This document shows, in pieces, positions 41,170 through 55,302 of a DNA stretch of 64,000 nucleotides. The translations under genes were made by a program, and so were the position numbers. Within the stretch, counting starts at the first letter, position 1. Each line of letters opens with the position of its first letter. This stretch comes from Eledone cirrhosa (Eukaryota): contig OZ024742.1 in NCBI GenBank assembly GCA_964016885.1, forward strand, positions 55,738,001 through 55,802,000, written 5' to 3'. The notes under the pieces were generated by a model. It made no database searches. It was not told where the DNA came from and was given only the letters and a program-made list of their open reading frames with translations.

Positions 41170-44100
41170 TTAAAAACCCCCCAAAAAATCCGTGTCTAAG
41201 AAATACCGGGATGGCGGCCGGCGGGGAATAGCCGTGTCTCTAGGAGAGGACGACCCCTCTAGTCTTGGTTGACACTCGTCCTGGAGTGGTAACACGAAAT
41301 GATACCCCTTGGCGGTTAAGGATAAAACACAACAATAAAGCCAATGTCAAATGATAAAATCTCATACAGGATCGGCCGTCACCCGGGTCAAAAAGGCCGC
41401 GTCTCTCAGAGAGGAACCAGACTGGGGTCGAAAAATCAGCTAATGGTTCAAACCTTCCCATCAATTCGGAGCTGGAGACCTCCCATAACCGGAATACTCC
41501 TACTGTTGGCCTTCCATGCTCACCACCAATAAATCCAAAGAAAAAGAGAGAAAAATGGTCAAAGGAAGACAATAAAGAAGTCCTTGAGGCTTTCTACACT
41601 GCCATGTACTACCCATCAAATAGATCGAATACTGAACAGACATATATCAACTGGAAAAAGAAACATCCCGAAAACAGAGAATATATTGACAGTAACAAAC
41701 TAGCCAATATATGAAGAAATATTGTTAAGAAAGAATTACTATCTGATATAGAAATTGATCAGATCAAGCTATTAGCACAAAGTCAGCGAAGGGAAAATGA
41801 AACATGTGTCAGTGAAAACGAGGTAAATTGTAACATTTCGAATCCCAGGGTTGAGGCGGAATCACTGACAGCAGAACAAATTAAAGAAAGGATCGAAAAA
41901 GTGGAAGGAGTGCATGTTTAAGATGAAACTCAAAATGATAACAATGAGATACTAAATGATAAAGAAATGGATGAGATTGAACTCATCAACTTGCAGAATG
42001 AAATTATGATCGAATGAAAGAAAATGAAAGAATCTGACACGGGGGAACGAGACACTTTCCCTAAGATCCAGAACTCCAAACAGAACCAAAGGTAATAAAC
42101 AAGACAAACATAACTCAAAAACATTATGAAACAAACTAAACATTACTGATCTAAATCATCTCTATTATGCATCGCCTAAAGTGACCACTCACTTATATGG
42201 AGTGAAAATGAAAAAGAAAAGGAATTCCCACGAGAAACCTACTTGGCAAGAGAACATCAATCGGCAAATAAACCTTCTCCAATCTGACATATAAATGTTA
42301 ACAAACTACAAAGTAGGTGAACATGTTAAACAAACTAAACTTAGAAAATTGAAAAGAAAATACAGTATAAAATCAACAAGTGACATAGAAATGCTGATAG
42401 AAACAATCAAGCAAAAAGTGTCGGCTGCTCGTATAAGGTGCTTTGAAAAACGATCTAGATTCTATAAGGACAATAATATGTTCCAAAACAACCAAAGAAA
42501 CTTCTACAAAAAATTTGGCAATTTAACAATAATTGCTAAAACAATAGCACCCAAGGAAGTGCAAGAATTCTGGGAAAAGATCTGGGCCGAAGAAAAAGTT
42601 CATAATATACATGCCCCATGGATAGACAGCCAAATTAAAGATACAGCTCACCTTGAGGAACAAACATGGGGAAATATAACAGTTGAACAGTTAAATGAAA
42701 AACCAGCAAATGGAAATCCACAGGAAAAACAAAATACCAAATTTTTTAATAAATGCCTTCACAGAGTCTCATGAGATGTTAGCCCAACTTTACAATGAAA
42801 TAGTTAAGGAGCCAGAAAAGATATCATCATGGCTAGTTAACGGCATTACATTCCTACTTCCGAAGAATGATGAGACAAACAATCCTCAAAATTACAGACC
42901 GATAACTTGCTTGACCACAATGTATAACATTTTAACATCAGTCCTAACTGAATATACATATGATCACCTGATAACAAATGATCTATTTCCCAATGAGCAG
43001 AAAGGGTGTAAACGAGACTCATATGGGTCTAAAGATCAGCTTTTGGTTAACAAAATGATATTGGAAGATAGTCATAATAGACACAAAAATCTATCAATTG
43101 CTTGGATAGATTACAAAAAAGCATTCGATAGTTTGCCACACAGTTGGATTGAAAACTGTTTAGAGATTTTCAAAATATCTTCCGTTGTCAGGAGGTTCCT
43201 GTCATCCAGTATGAAAACATGGAAAATGACAGTCCTTTTGAATAGTGAAAAAAAGTTAATATTAATTGTGGAATTTTTCAGGGTGATTCTTTATCACCGC
43301 TTTTATTCTGCATCGCACTTATACCATTAAGTAAAATGCTCAATGAAACAAAACATGGATATAAAGTCTATGACAAAACCATTAATCATTTGTTCTACAT
43401 GGATGAACGGAAACTATTTGCAAAACATGATGAGCAAATTCACTGTGAAGCAATTCAGTAATGATATTAAAATGGAATTTGGACTAGATAAATGCACCAA
43501 AGCAACGTTCACCAGAGGAAAGTTGCTGAAAAGTTTAGACATTAATCTTGATTGGGGGGAATGTGATAAGAGAACTTGATCAAGAGGAAACTTACAAATA
43601 TCTAGGGGTTTGTGAAGGAGACGGAATCAAGCACTCGACAATGAGGGAAAGGATAAGGAAGGAATGTTATCGCAGTGTAAGTGCAATCTTAAGAACGGAA
43701 TTGAATGCAAGAAACAGGATTGATGCCATAAACACGCTTGCCATACCAGTAGTAACCTACAGTTACAATGTCATCAACTGGTCAAGCACAGAGATCCGTA
43801 CGCTCGATACAAAAGTTAGAAAATGTTTAACCATGCACAGAATGCATCACCCTAAGGCAGATACAGATAGAATATATCTCCCTAGGAAAGAAGGAGGACG
43901 TGGGTTAATCCAGTTAGATATTGCGTTGAAAACTACAACAATTGGATTATCTACATATCTAAGGGAATCACATGATTGGATGATCAAACTCGTTTGAAAC
44001 ACGAAAGCATCAAAAGATCATACTCCATTACAAAAGATGCACAAAGATACAGTAATGGACTACAAATTTCAGAAGTTCCATTTACTGCTGAAATGAAAAA

Positions 44101-45015
44101 CACAGAAAAAGTTAAGCAGGTAAAAGAACTGCAAAGAAAGAACTGCAAAGAAACTGGCTAAGACATGGCAAGAAAAGTCTCTGCATGGAAAATACCCAGA
44201 AAGAGCTAACAATCCTGATGTTGACAAAACTTTAACAAATCAGTGGTTGGTATCCTCTGGACTGAAATCGGAGACTGAAGGACTGATTATATCAGCACAA
44301 GTTCAGTGTCTGCCATAATAAAAAATGGATGCAGCTCATTATGCCGTGTATGTAAAAAACAACCAGGGACCATTGATCATATATAATTTCAATGTGCAGT
44401 CCTTTCGCTCCAACCGAATACCTAAACAGGCACGACAGAGCTGCACAATAAATACATTGGAGAATGTATAAGTATTTTGACCTGCCACATCAAAAGAATT
44501 GGTGGAAGCATCAACCACCTCCCGTACTTGAAAAAGATCACATCTCAATCTTGTGAAGCTTTAGATTCCAAATAGACCGAAAAATAGATGCAAATAGACC
44601 TGATATAATACTGAAGGACTTTAAAAAGAGGGTATGTCTACTAATTGATATGTCCGTTCCAATAGACAAGAATGTATCTATGAAAACATTTGGAAAAATA
44701 TGGAAATTGAGAACTAAAACAATACCAGTGGTTGTAGGCGCTCTAGGAATGATACCTAAGGGGTCTAATGATTACTTATCGGAAATCCCAGGAAACCTGC
44801 GTATAGGAGAAATACAAAAGATAGTACTAATGGGAACTGCCCTTATACTAAGGAAGATTCTGTCAATATAATTACATCACAAGTCTAAACACCTAAAGAT
44901 GCATGTGTGTGTATGTATGTTCTTTCTTGAACATGGCGGACCTTGTTGTCTCTTGAGGTCACTGGTTGTGACTTGGTGATAGGTCGTATGAACTTAACGC
45001 AAGATAAATGCAACT

Positions 45016-45017
<2 letters not shown>
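41170..45017 (+). mobile_element. R4/Dong-clade non-LTR retrotransposon, near full length, degenerate
   Basis: KWSKEDNKE N-terminus; NYRPITCL, EQKGCK, KDQLL, WIDYKKAFDS, GIFQGDSLSP, HLFYMD, YKYLG, GGRGL; C..C..IDHI...C; RPDI..LIDMSVP, PVVVGALG; (AAT)n tail. Confidence 0.93.
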
Positions 45018-45047
<30 letters not shown>

Positions 45048-45048
<1 letters not shown>

Positions 45049-45480
45049 CTTTCTTTATTAACCACAAGGGTTGACACAAAGTATAACATTAAGGACAACT
45101 CAAGACAATGCAAATGGGAATTTCTGCGTGTAAAAAAAACAAAAACAGAGTGTGACAAAAGGAAACAATGAAAATTCCCAAGAGGGGGGGCGAGAGCTCC
45201 GAGGGTTGCTCGTGGGGAAAGCCCACAAAAAAAGCCACGCTTACGCTGACCGCTAGGGCAAATGCCCTTTTCCAGTTTTCCTCCTACAATGCTACCGATG
45301 CTACAGACACACTCTCAGGGTAGACTCATTTACACGGGCTATTCTTGCCTCTCTAACCCACCTTTCAACAAACTGGCTGGAGATCAGCACTTCCCTCTCC
45401 ACCCTTGTCGGGTAAAGGCGGCGGGGAAATATTCACGATGGACTCAGCTGATAGCTGGATTCGTTCATTAGAGACGGTAC
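45048..45480 (-). mobile_element. Short Tx1 3' fragment
   Basis: The 3' end CTTTATTAACCACAAGGGTTGACACAAA is shared with 50562-50590; the body is homologous to 45560-45790. Confidence 0.75.
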
Positions 45481-48400
45481 AGAACAGTACAGGACGATAC
45501 AAATTGGGTTTTGGTCGTGTAAACAGGTTATAACAAAGTCGGGCTAGAAATCCAAAAAATTAAAACAACAAAGATTCCCCCAAAGGGGGGAAACTGCCGA
45601 GGGTCACTCGTGGTGAAAACAACACAAAAAGGTCACGGCCACCCTGAACACCAGGGCAAGCACCCTCTCTCAGTTTTCCCACACCTCAGTCTACAGGGTC
45701 ATACTCAGAGCGGACCCGTTCACTCGGACCAGACTTGCCACTTTCACCCACCTTTCAACAAACTTACTACAAGACAGCATTTTCCACTCCACCCTGTTTT
45801 TCCTCTTCAAGATAAACTTGAAAAAGTTAATCTGGGATTGGCCGAAGAGGAAAGTGTCTGTCTTCAACCCGTTCAACCATGTCCACCACACAATCTCTTT
45901 CGGCATGGCCACCAGACAGATGAAAACTGCCTTCCCTTCCTCCTATTTAAAGGAGGATGGCGGGGCTATCTGCACAGTGGACTCAGTGGATAACCGGATC
46001 AGTCCTACACGCGACAGCAACTGTTCGACATAGCTCCACAATTCAGCAATCGTCGGACACTGAACGAATGCGTGCAGCACGGTTTCGTCGCCCTGCGCTA
46101 CTCGGACAGACTCAAAGTTCTCTTGAAGAGAGCGAACAGCTGATCATCTTCGACGCCGAGGTGGATGTTCCACCGATACTAGTGTCCAGCTGGTAGAGGG
46201 TGGTGAGCGCTTGGAGACATTCCAGCCTCCAAGCGCTATCCCTCGGTCTTTTCCTGAACCACGACTGCAGCTCCGTTAAGGAGACGAGCTGGAGAAAAGC
46301 GCGTCTGGTAAACGGGGACCACACCTGTTCACCGGCAAGGAAGCACCAGAGATGTCGCAGCCTCAGCGCATGTTTGCGCATCATCAGCAACGGCATGCCT
46401 AGTCCTCTACGCAACGGTGTTGACAGCAAATGGATCGTCTGACCATGGGAGCACGTCCCTTTCACAAAAAGCGGAAGACAAGGCGCTCCATTTTGGTCAG
46501 AGGTGGGTGGCGGCAAGGTACGACGGTCAGGCGGTAGCAGATGACGGACGGTATGTACGCATTCGCCACCTCCGCCCGACCTTTCAGAGACAGCCTCCTC
46601 TAGGCCAATTTCTGGGTGAGAGAGGCTACCCTGCTCGTCACCTCGCTCCAGTTTTTCTCCATCTGGAGGTCCAGACCAAACTAGACTCCCGAGCAATTTC
46701 ACCCGACCTTCCGTCCAGCGTCCCACGACGCTGTCAGACGGCACGGACTTGCCTCTCCAGGTGCCGAGTTGCAAGCCACCAACTTTTCCTGGTGTATCTT
46801 TGCTCCTGTCACCGCTTCGTATTCCTTGAGAGCGGTGTCGAGCATCTATACGTGTTTGGTGCTCGACACCACCACGGTGACGTCATCGGCGTAAGCTGAC
46901 ACGGATCTGCCGCATTCCAGTTCGCGTGGGACTCCCCTCATCGTCTCCAATTTGTGCAGTAACGGCTCGAGTGCGAGTATTTATAAGAGGGACGAGAGAG
47001 GGCAACCCAGGTGGACCGAGCGCATGACGCTGAAAGGCTGCGACAGATGAACATTCACCCTAACAATTGAGCAGATGTCGCTGCGCATACAGGCGATCCA
47101 GCCCTAATAGCGGGCCCGAGCCGGTCGCCTCGAGGACCGCAGCTAGGTACCGATGGTCGACCCTATCAAATGCTTTAGATTGATCCAAGTTGATCAGGCC
47201 CCCACCCGTTACAGTTTCCTTAACCACAATCTCTATGATGTATCGCATGAGACGGAGGCTGTCGTGGATGGATCTGTCCGGCATGGCGCATATCTGCGCC
47301 TCTCCCACCAGATCACCGACGACAATCACAAGTGCCAATCTCTAACACCTTGGCCAAAATCTTGCGGTCTGCGTTTAGAAGAGTTATGGGCCTGAAGTTG
47401 TCATAACGTCCCCTTGTTCGGGTCTTTTCTCAGCAGCGCTACCTCTCCCCGGCTCACAAAACTGGGAATGCTCCCATTATGCTGCCAGTTGCAGAAGACA
47501 TCTGGCAAGTGGTCGCCGAACAAGTTTGGCATATACGCATAATCCTCGTAGGGCAGACCATCCAAACCTGGCGATTTACCCCTCGTGCAGTCAGACATCG
47601 CTTCCCATATTTCACCTGCTGTCATCGTCTTTTCGCAGCACTGCGTTGCGGTCGTCGAGAGCCGCGGCAGTCCGTCGAGGTATGCACAGAAGTCCATACT
47701 CCGAGCCGTCCCGCCGCTGCTCCGGAACAATTGACCAAAGTGCTGTTGAAATGCCGCACACATCTGCTCGGGTTCGAGCAACATGCGCTCGTTTTGATCA
47801 GGCAAAGACCGAATTGTGGACTTGTTGCCACGTCACGCCTCCACCACCCGGGCCCATTGAACGGCTTTCGTACCCTCGTGTCTTAGAGCACGCGCTCTAG
47901 CTGTAACAACGCAGCGTTCATGCTTAGCGTTGAAGAATTGGTCGAGTGCCAATCTCGCCGCAAGCACGTCCATTGCGATGCCTGTCTTAAACGCCTCTTC
48001 TAGCTTTCTAACTAACTCTCCGTCTACTCTATTTTTCTCTATCACTACTCCTTTGCTAGCACCACATAATCCCAGCGTGCATCTAAGATACCGTTCCAGT
48101 CGCCCACTAACACTAAAGAGCGGGATGTTCAAAGAAAGATCTCTAGACGTCCTGCCCTTATTGGGGCGTAGACGGCTACTAGCCTGAAAGCATTTCCTTC
48201 GCTGCCGGTCACGTTCAGCACTACCGATTACCTTCTGCGTCCAGGATAATGGCCCGTATGGCGAGATCCAAGCCTCTCCGAAAAAGCACGGCAACTCCTC
48301 CCCCTGACCAAGGACGGCTGGGAGATGCGTATACATCGTAGCCGTTAAGATCGGTGCGAAGGCTCGTGCTTCGGAGATTCTGGTATCGCTGATGGCCACC

Positions 48401-50530
48401 ACATCTATGCTTAGTGACTTGAGGTCGTTGAGCAGGTGACCCTGCTTCCAAGATGACCCCAGGCCACGTACATTTATACTGCCTATTCTAAGTACGGCCA
48501 TGTCGGATGAGAAACTGGGTAAGTGAGAAAGGATCAATTACCGTGATCGTGTGGTGAAGGGACAGTAGAACCGCTCCTTTGGCTTGTCATGGGTGTTTCC
48601 AAGAGGATGTTGGTGTATATCCTCTTGGTAACCGACCCTCTAAAGTCTCCAACTGCGTTGGGTAATTTTTTTTTTAAAGTTTCTACTTTGATTTCATTGA
48701 TGTTTATGTTTTTCGGGTGAGTTCTTGGTGTTGGTGGGGTGTACTCATTTTTTTCTGTGATGTCTATGTGCTGTTTTATATGGTGTAAGAGTTCTTTATT
48801 TGCCATGTTTATGGCTGTGTACTTTTTTTTTGGGGGGGGGGGGGGGGATTTGGTTGCCTCTTTTCTTCTTGTTGCTGTTGGGTGTTTGTGTTTTGTTGTG
48901 TTTGCCATGTTGGTATTTTTGGTGATGCTGGTGGAGGTGTGGTTGTTGTTGGTTGTGGTGCTTGTGGTGGTGATGGTGATGGTGGTGGTGTTGCTGCACG
49001 TCTCCTTGCAGCCTTTACCCCTCTTTGTTTGCCTTCATTTTGGAGGGTGAGGCTAAAGGTTTTTTTTCTTTTTTCTTTTTTTTTGTGGCACACCGTTTGC
49101 CACTTCCTTCCTGCCTCAAACTTCATGTGGGATTCCGTGGTTAGGGAGGGGTATGAGCTCCACTGCAATTGGTGCTGGCCATGGAGCCCGCTCCGGCGAT
49201 TTTGCCGCCGGTGTAGCTATTGCGACTGTTGGAGTTGCCGCCACTGCTGCCGCTGTTTTAGTTGTCCGTGGTGTTGGTATGGGTGCCACGGACGTTGACC
49301 TCCACCCACTACTCACCATGGAAGGGTCTTCTGCCTCTGTTGCCTGCCCTCGTCTTGGTAGCAGCGGATCAGGCGTTGGAAGGAGGGGGGCCTTCTTCTT
49401 GGCTGTCTTCTGTGGGCAGAAGGCCCTGAGGTGACCCAGCCAACGTATGGGCACGTCGTGCGGGACCTGAGTCACTTTGACGCTCACAATGTTCTGCCCG
49501 CAGTAGGAGGGCACCAAGACTATCTCCTCACTCTTTAGGGTTTACAAAGAGTGAGACTTCGCCTCTTAGGGGGTGGCGATAAGTACGTCTACTGTGGCGT
49601 ACTTTTTGCCTCGGGTGATGTGGGTTTTGCGCGCCCAGACGTACCCCAAGGCCTTTGGGATTTGAGCCTCCGTGGCTCTCTCCACCCGATGTGACATTTT
49701 GCTTATGGTACTGTAAGTCACCGTGCGTAGCTGCTGGTCTTTAAAGAAATCGGGTGGAAGTTTCGGGGAAACTCTATTGACATTTCTTGTCACCATGGCT
49801 CTTGCGACTGCCATCTCCTCCTCCGTGACTAGCACTGTCTCTATATTTCGGCCCACACCTTTGAAAGGAGTGGCCCATTTTTCAGCGGCACTATTGTTGC
49901 TGCCGTTACTGTTGCTACTGATCTTGTTGTTTGTGCTGTTGCTGTTGCTACTACTACAAACGATGTTGTTGGCGTTGTTGCTGTTATCACTGTTGTAGTT
50001 GGTTGTGTTTTTGGTTCCACCGTTGTTGTTGTTTCGGTGCAATTTGTATTGTTGCTGTTGGTGTTGTCGTTGTTTATTTTCTTGTTAGTGGTGTTAATAT
50101 CGTTGTTACATTTATTGTCATTTTTTACTGTCTGTATTTTGGTTGTCGCTGTTGTTGTAGTTGGTGTGGTAATTTTTTTTAAATTAGTGTTCTCGGTGTT
50201 GTTGTCTTTGTTCACGTTGTTTGTGGTGGTATTTGTTGTATGAATTTCTGTAACCCTCCTCTCAACTTTTACGCCGGTGTCACACGACAGCAGACACATT
50301 GTTGGCGGGCTTGGTTCAGTCATGTTTTTTATTTTTTTATTTTTAAAAGTAAAATGTTCAAATATTAATAAAATATTTGGGCGAAAAGGCCCAAATATTA
50401 TACTTACCCCTGCACAGGCAAAGTCCAAAAGCTTATATCCCTTACACAACAAGAAACATTTAACAACATTTAATTATAACAGGTAAATAAAGCGGCTTAG
50501 TGGGAGCGAGCAAAAAGACGTCGGAACAGA
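45480..50530 (-). mobile_element. L1/Tx1-clade LINE, near full length (Asn/Thr-rich ORF1 ~48534-50323; ORF2 ~45691-48501), degenerate
   Basis: ORF2 starts MAVLRIGSINVRGL; SPGLDGLP, LDQSKAFDRVDH, SAYADDV; ORF1 has a GHLRAFCP zinc-knuckle remnant. Confidence 0.92.
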
Positions 50531-50559
50531 CCAATAATAATAATAATAGTAATAAAGCA

Positions 50560-51805
50560 TTCTTTATTAACCACAAGGGTTGACACAAAATATAACATTA
50601 AGTATAATATTAAGGACGGTACAGGACGTTACTGGACGGTACAATTATGGATATCCGCAAGTATAAAAAGAAAAACAAAAACAAAGGATGCAACAAACAA
50701 ATCGAAACAAAGGAAAGTTCCCGAATTACGGGAGATACTTCCAAGACTCACAGGATGACACTGACCACCAGAGCAAGTGTCCTTCCCAATGTTCCACCTC
50801 CTATATACAGGTGCATACTCAGAGCATACCCATTCACTCAGGCCATGGTAGCCTCTCCCACTACTATTTCAACAAACTGCTGGGAAGGGATAACTTCCCT
50901 CCCCACACTGATTTTCCTTTTCAAATGAAACTTGAAAAAATATAATCAGGGCTTCTGAATAGGTAAGTGCTCGCCTCCAGCCCTTTCAGACGTGTCCACC
51001 ACATGAGCACTTTCACCCTGGCCACCAGACAGATAAAAGCTGCCTACCCATTTTCCGGAAGAAATTGGCTAATTGATTTTCATCGATGCCCAGGCTCAAC
51101 CCAAAGACGTTGTCGCTCTTACACTCCGCTAACCCTCTATAGAATGCCAAGGTGGAGTTTCCACCGAGCGTAGTGCCGGTTTGGCTGAGGGGTGTGAGCG
51201 CCAGTGTTAAAGACCTTCCTCTCGGTCTTTGCCTTACCCAGGACTACAGCTTCGTCAAAGAGATGAGACGAGGAAATGCACGTCTAGCAAATGGCGACCA
51301 CACCTTCTCACTGTCAAGGTAGCCTCAGCATAATTTTGTGCATCATTATCCTGGACATGCCTAGCTCTCCACATAGGGGATGCTGACAGCAGATGGAACT
51401 CATGACCATCGTAGCGCGTTCGTTCCACAAACCGCGAAAGAGCAAACGCTCCAATACAGTCAGGAAAGGTTTGGGAGATGGCATGCCGATCAGGCGGTAG
51501 TAGATGATGGACACGATGTATGCGTTTGCTACCTCCACCCAACCTTTTAGGGACAACTTCATTTCAGTCGATTTATGGGTGTGAGAGGCCACTCTGCTCG
51601 TCCCCTCGTCCCGGTTTTTGTTCATTTCGAGATCCGGACCAAACCAAACCCCTAACAGTTTAACTGATCCATCTGCCCAGCGCTCGATGACGTTGTTGGA
51701 CGGCAGGAATTTGCATCTGCAGGAGCCAAGCTGCAGGCCTGCTGACCTTTCCAGGTTAATCGTTGCTCCCGCCATTACCTCGTACTCCTTGTATAGCATA
51801 TTGCG
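50560..51805 (-). mobile_element. Tx1 3' fragment
   Basis: GATINLERSAGLQLG, VKLLGVWFGPDL, KLSLKG.VEVAN.YI. Confidence 0.88.
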
Positions 51806-51824
51806 TCACAGTGTTCACCATTAG

Positions 51825-51995
51825 CTCAGAAATGTGGTGGTAATATCAATAATAGTTGGTGTCTTGGGAATAGTAAGTACGGATATTGAGAAGTGAATCA
51901 AACAAATAGGGATTGCAATACTGATGGAAAACATTAAAAACCAGCTTTATTTGAAACAGCTCGAATGATCCGCAGGGTGCTCGAAAATTAGGGGG
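51825..51995 (+). mobile_element. R4/Dong 3'-terminal fragment
   Basis: VVVISIIVGVLG...TARMIRRVLEN followed by a stop. Confidence 0.7.
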
Positions 51996-52014
51996 TGTTA
52001 CCTCAGTTCACTCT

Positions 52015-53590
<1,576 letters not shown>

Positions 53591-53606
53591 AACTAAATAA
53601 ATAAAC

Positions 53607-53645
<39 letters not shown>

Positions 53646-53666
53646 TACACTTATATATGTATACAT

Positions 53667-53700
<34 letters not shown>

Positions 53701-53704
<4 letters not shown>

Positions 53705-54043
53705 CACTGATATTAATAAATGGAAATTATATTTATAAAACCATATTTATCCTATTATATATAATTCAAGGGCACCAAAACATTGGTTCGCTCTCATCAC
53801 ATAAAATACAAAGCTTGTTTTATAAATATTGACATATCCAGGAATGAGACCGTAACGGTTCAAGTTTTACCAGGTAAAACTTGAACCGTTAAGGTCTCAT
53901 TCCTGGATATGTCAATATTTATAAAACAAGCTTTGTATTTTATGTGATGAGAGCGAACCAATGTTTTGGTGCCCTTGAATTATATATAATAGGATAAATA
54001 TGGTTTTATAAATATAATTTCCATTTATTAATATCATTGATAT
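53701..54043. repeat. Near-perfect ~340-bp palindrome with a decayed HHR in each arm (family D)
   Basis: Centre TTTTACC-A-GGTAAAA; about 2 mismatches seen; TATTTTAT-GTGATGA..GAAT-TATATA-TA-ATAGGATA at 53936-53996. Confidence 0.92.
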
Positions 54044-54204
54044 TATACTCCAGAAACATGTCGAGTGCTTCGAATCTGTTATAAATATATATATTTCTTG
54101 AATTACCAACAAATTAAATATCTCTTTGCTTATATATATATATATTGATTTATTGATTTATTTAGGTTTGTTGGTTCACCACTGGATAGAACTGGTCATT
54201 CCGT

Positions 54205-54770
54205 ATGGTCAAGCTCAATGTGTGAGTACGGAGATAATTATTATAAAATAACAGGAGGCTTGACTGGTGTAATTCCTTGAAAGGTTTATTATACTATGAT
54301 CATTTCAATGACCGGGTTCCGTATGAATGCGGTGACATCATGAGGTATTCAAAATATAACAAAGGAATATAACAGATAAAATCAATGGGGCTGAAAATCA
54401 GAGGCAAGAGGATGACCGACCATTTAGCAGCTTCTACCTCGGTTGGCCTGCCTCAAGACTTAAGCGCGGCCGACCCAGGTGGAAGCTTTTAAATGGTCGG
54501 TCGTCTTCTTGTCTGATTTTCAGCCCGATGGATTTTATCTGTTATATTCCTTTGTTATACTGTGAATACCTGATGATGTCACGGATTCATACTGAACCCG
54601 GTCATTGAAATGATCATAGTACAATAAATCTTTCAATGATTTATACCAGTCCAGCCTCCTGTTATTTTAAAATAATTAACTCCATACTCGAACCACCAAC
54701 TACACACACGAAGACGGGTGAGTTGCATTACGTTGAGTGCTCTCCATAATATTACATTGAGGTTGACCAT
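54205..54770. mobile_element. ORF-less hairpin element with HHR motifs on both strands (family E)
   Basis: 54224-54448 pairs with 54468-54689; outer 54205-54221 pairs with 54754-54770. Confidence 0.85.
54565..54625 (+). ncRNA. Hammerhead ribozyme motif (family E)
   Basis: TAC-CTGATGA-stem II-GAAA-TGATCA-TA-GTA, with palindromic helix III. The mirror copy at 54290-54350(-) has a damaged core. Confidence 0.7.
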
Positions 54771-54956
54771 ATATATATAAGGGGCAATCCGTCAAGTTGT
54801 GATCGTTAGGTGTGATGAGGAGGGTTTGAGAATGTCAGAGACTAGAATTTCAGAATATTTTTATCCATCAGTGATGTTTACTCTATCGATATTAAGGTTC
54901 AACTTATCTATCTTATATATTCGGTCAACTGTAATGTAGTAGATGGACTGTTCGTT

Positions 54957-55032
<76 letters not shown>

Positions 55033-55061
55033 CATATATATATATACATATATATACATAC

Positions 55062-55108
<47 letters not shown>

Positions 55109-55205
55109 CACATATATATATACACATATATATACATATATATATATACACATATATATATACATATATATATATACATTTATATATATACACAAATATA
55201 TATAC

Positions 55206-55302
<97 letters not shown>

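Noticed and set aside
41170-41340. HDV-like ribozyme expected at the R4/Dong 5' end
   Set aside because: The leader is GC-rich, but I could not assign the nested pseudoknot helices.
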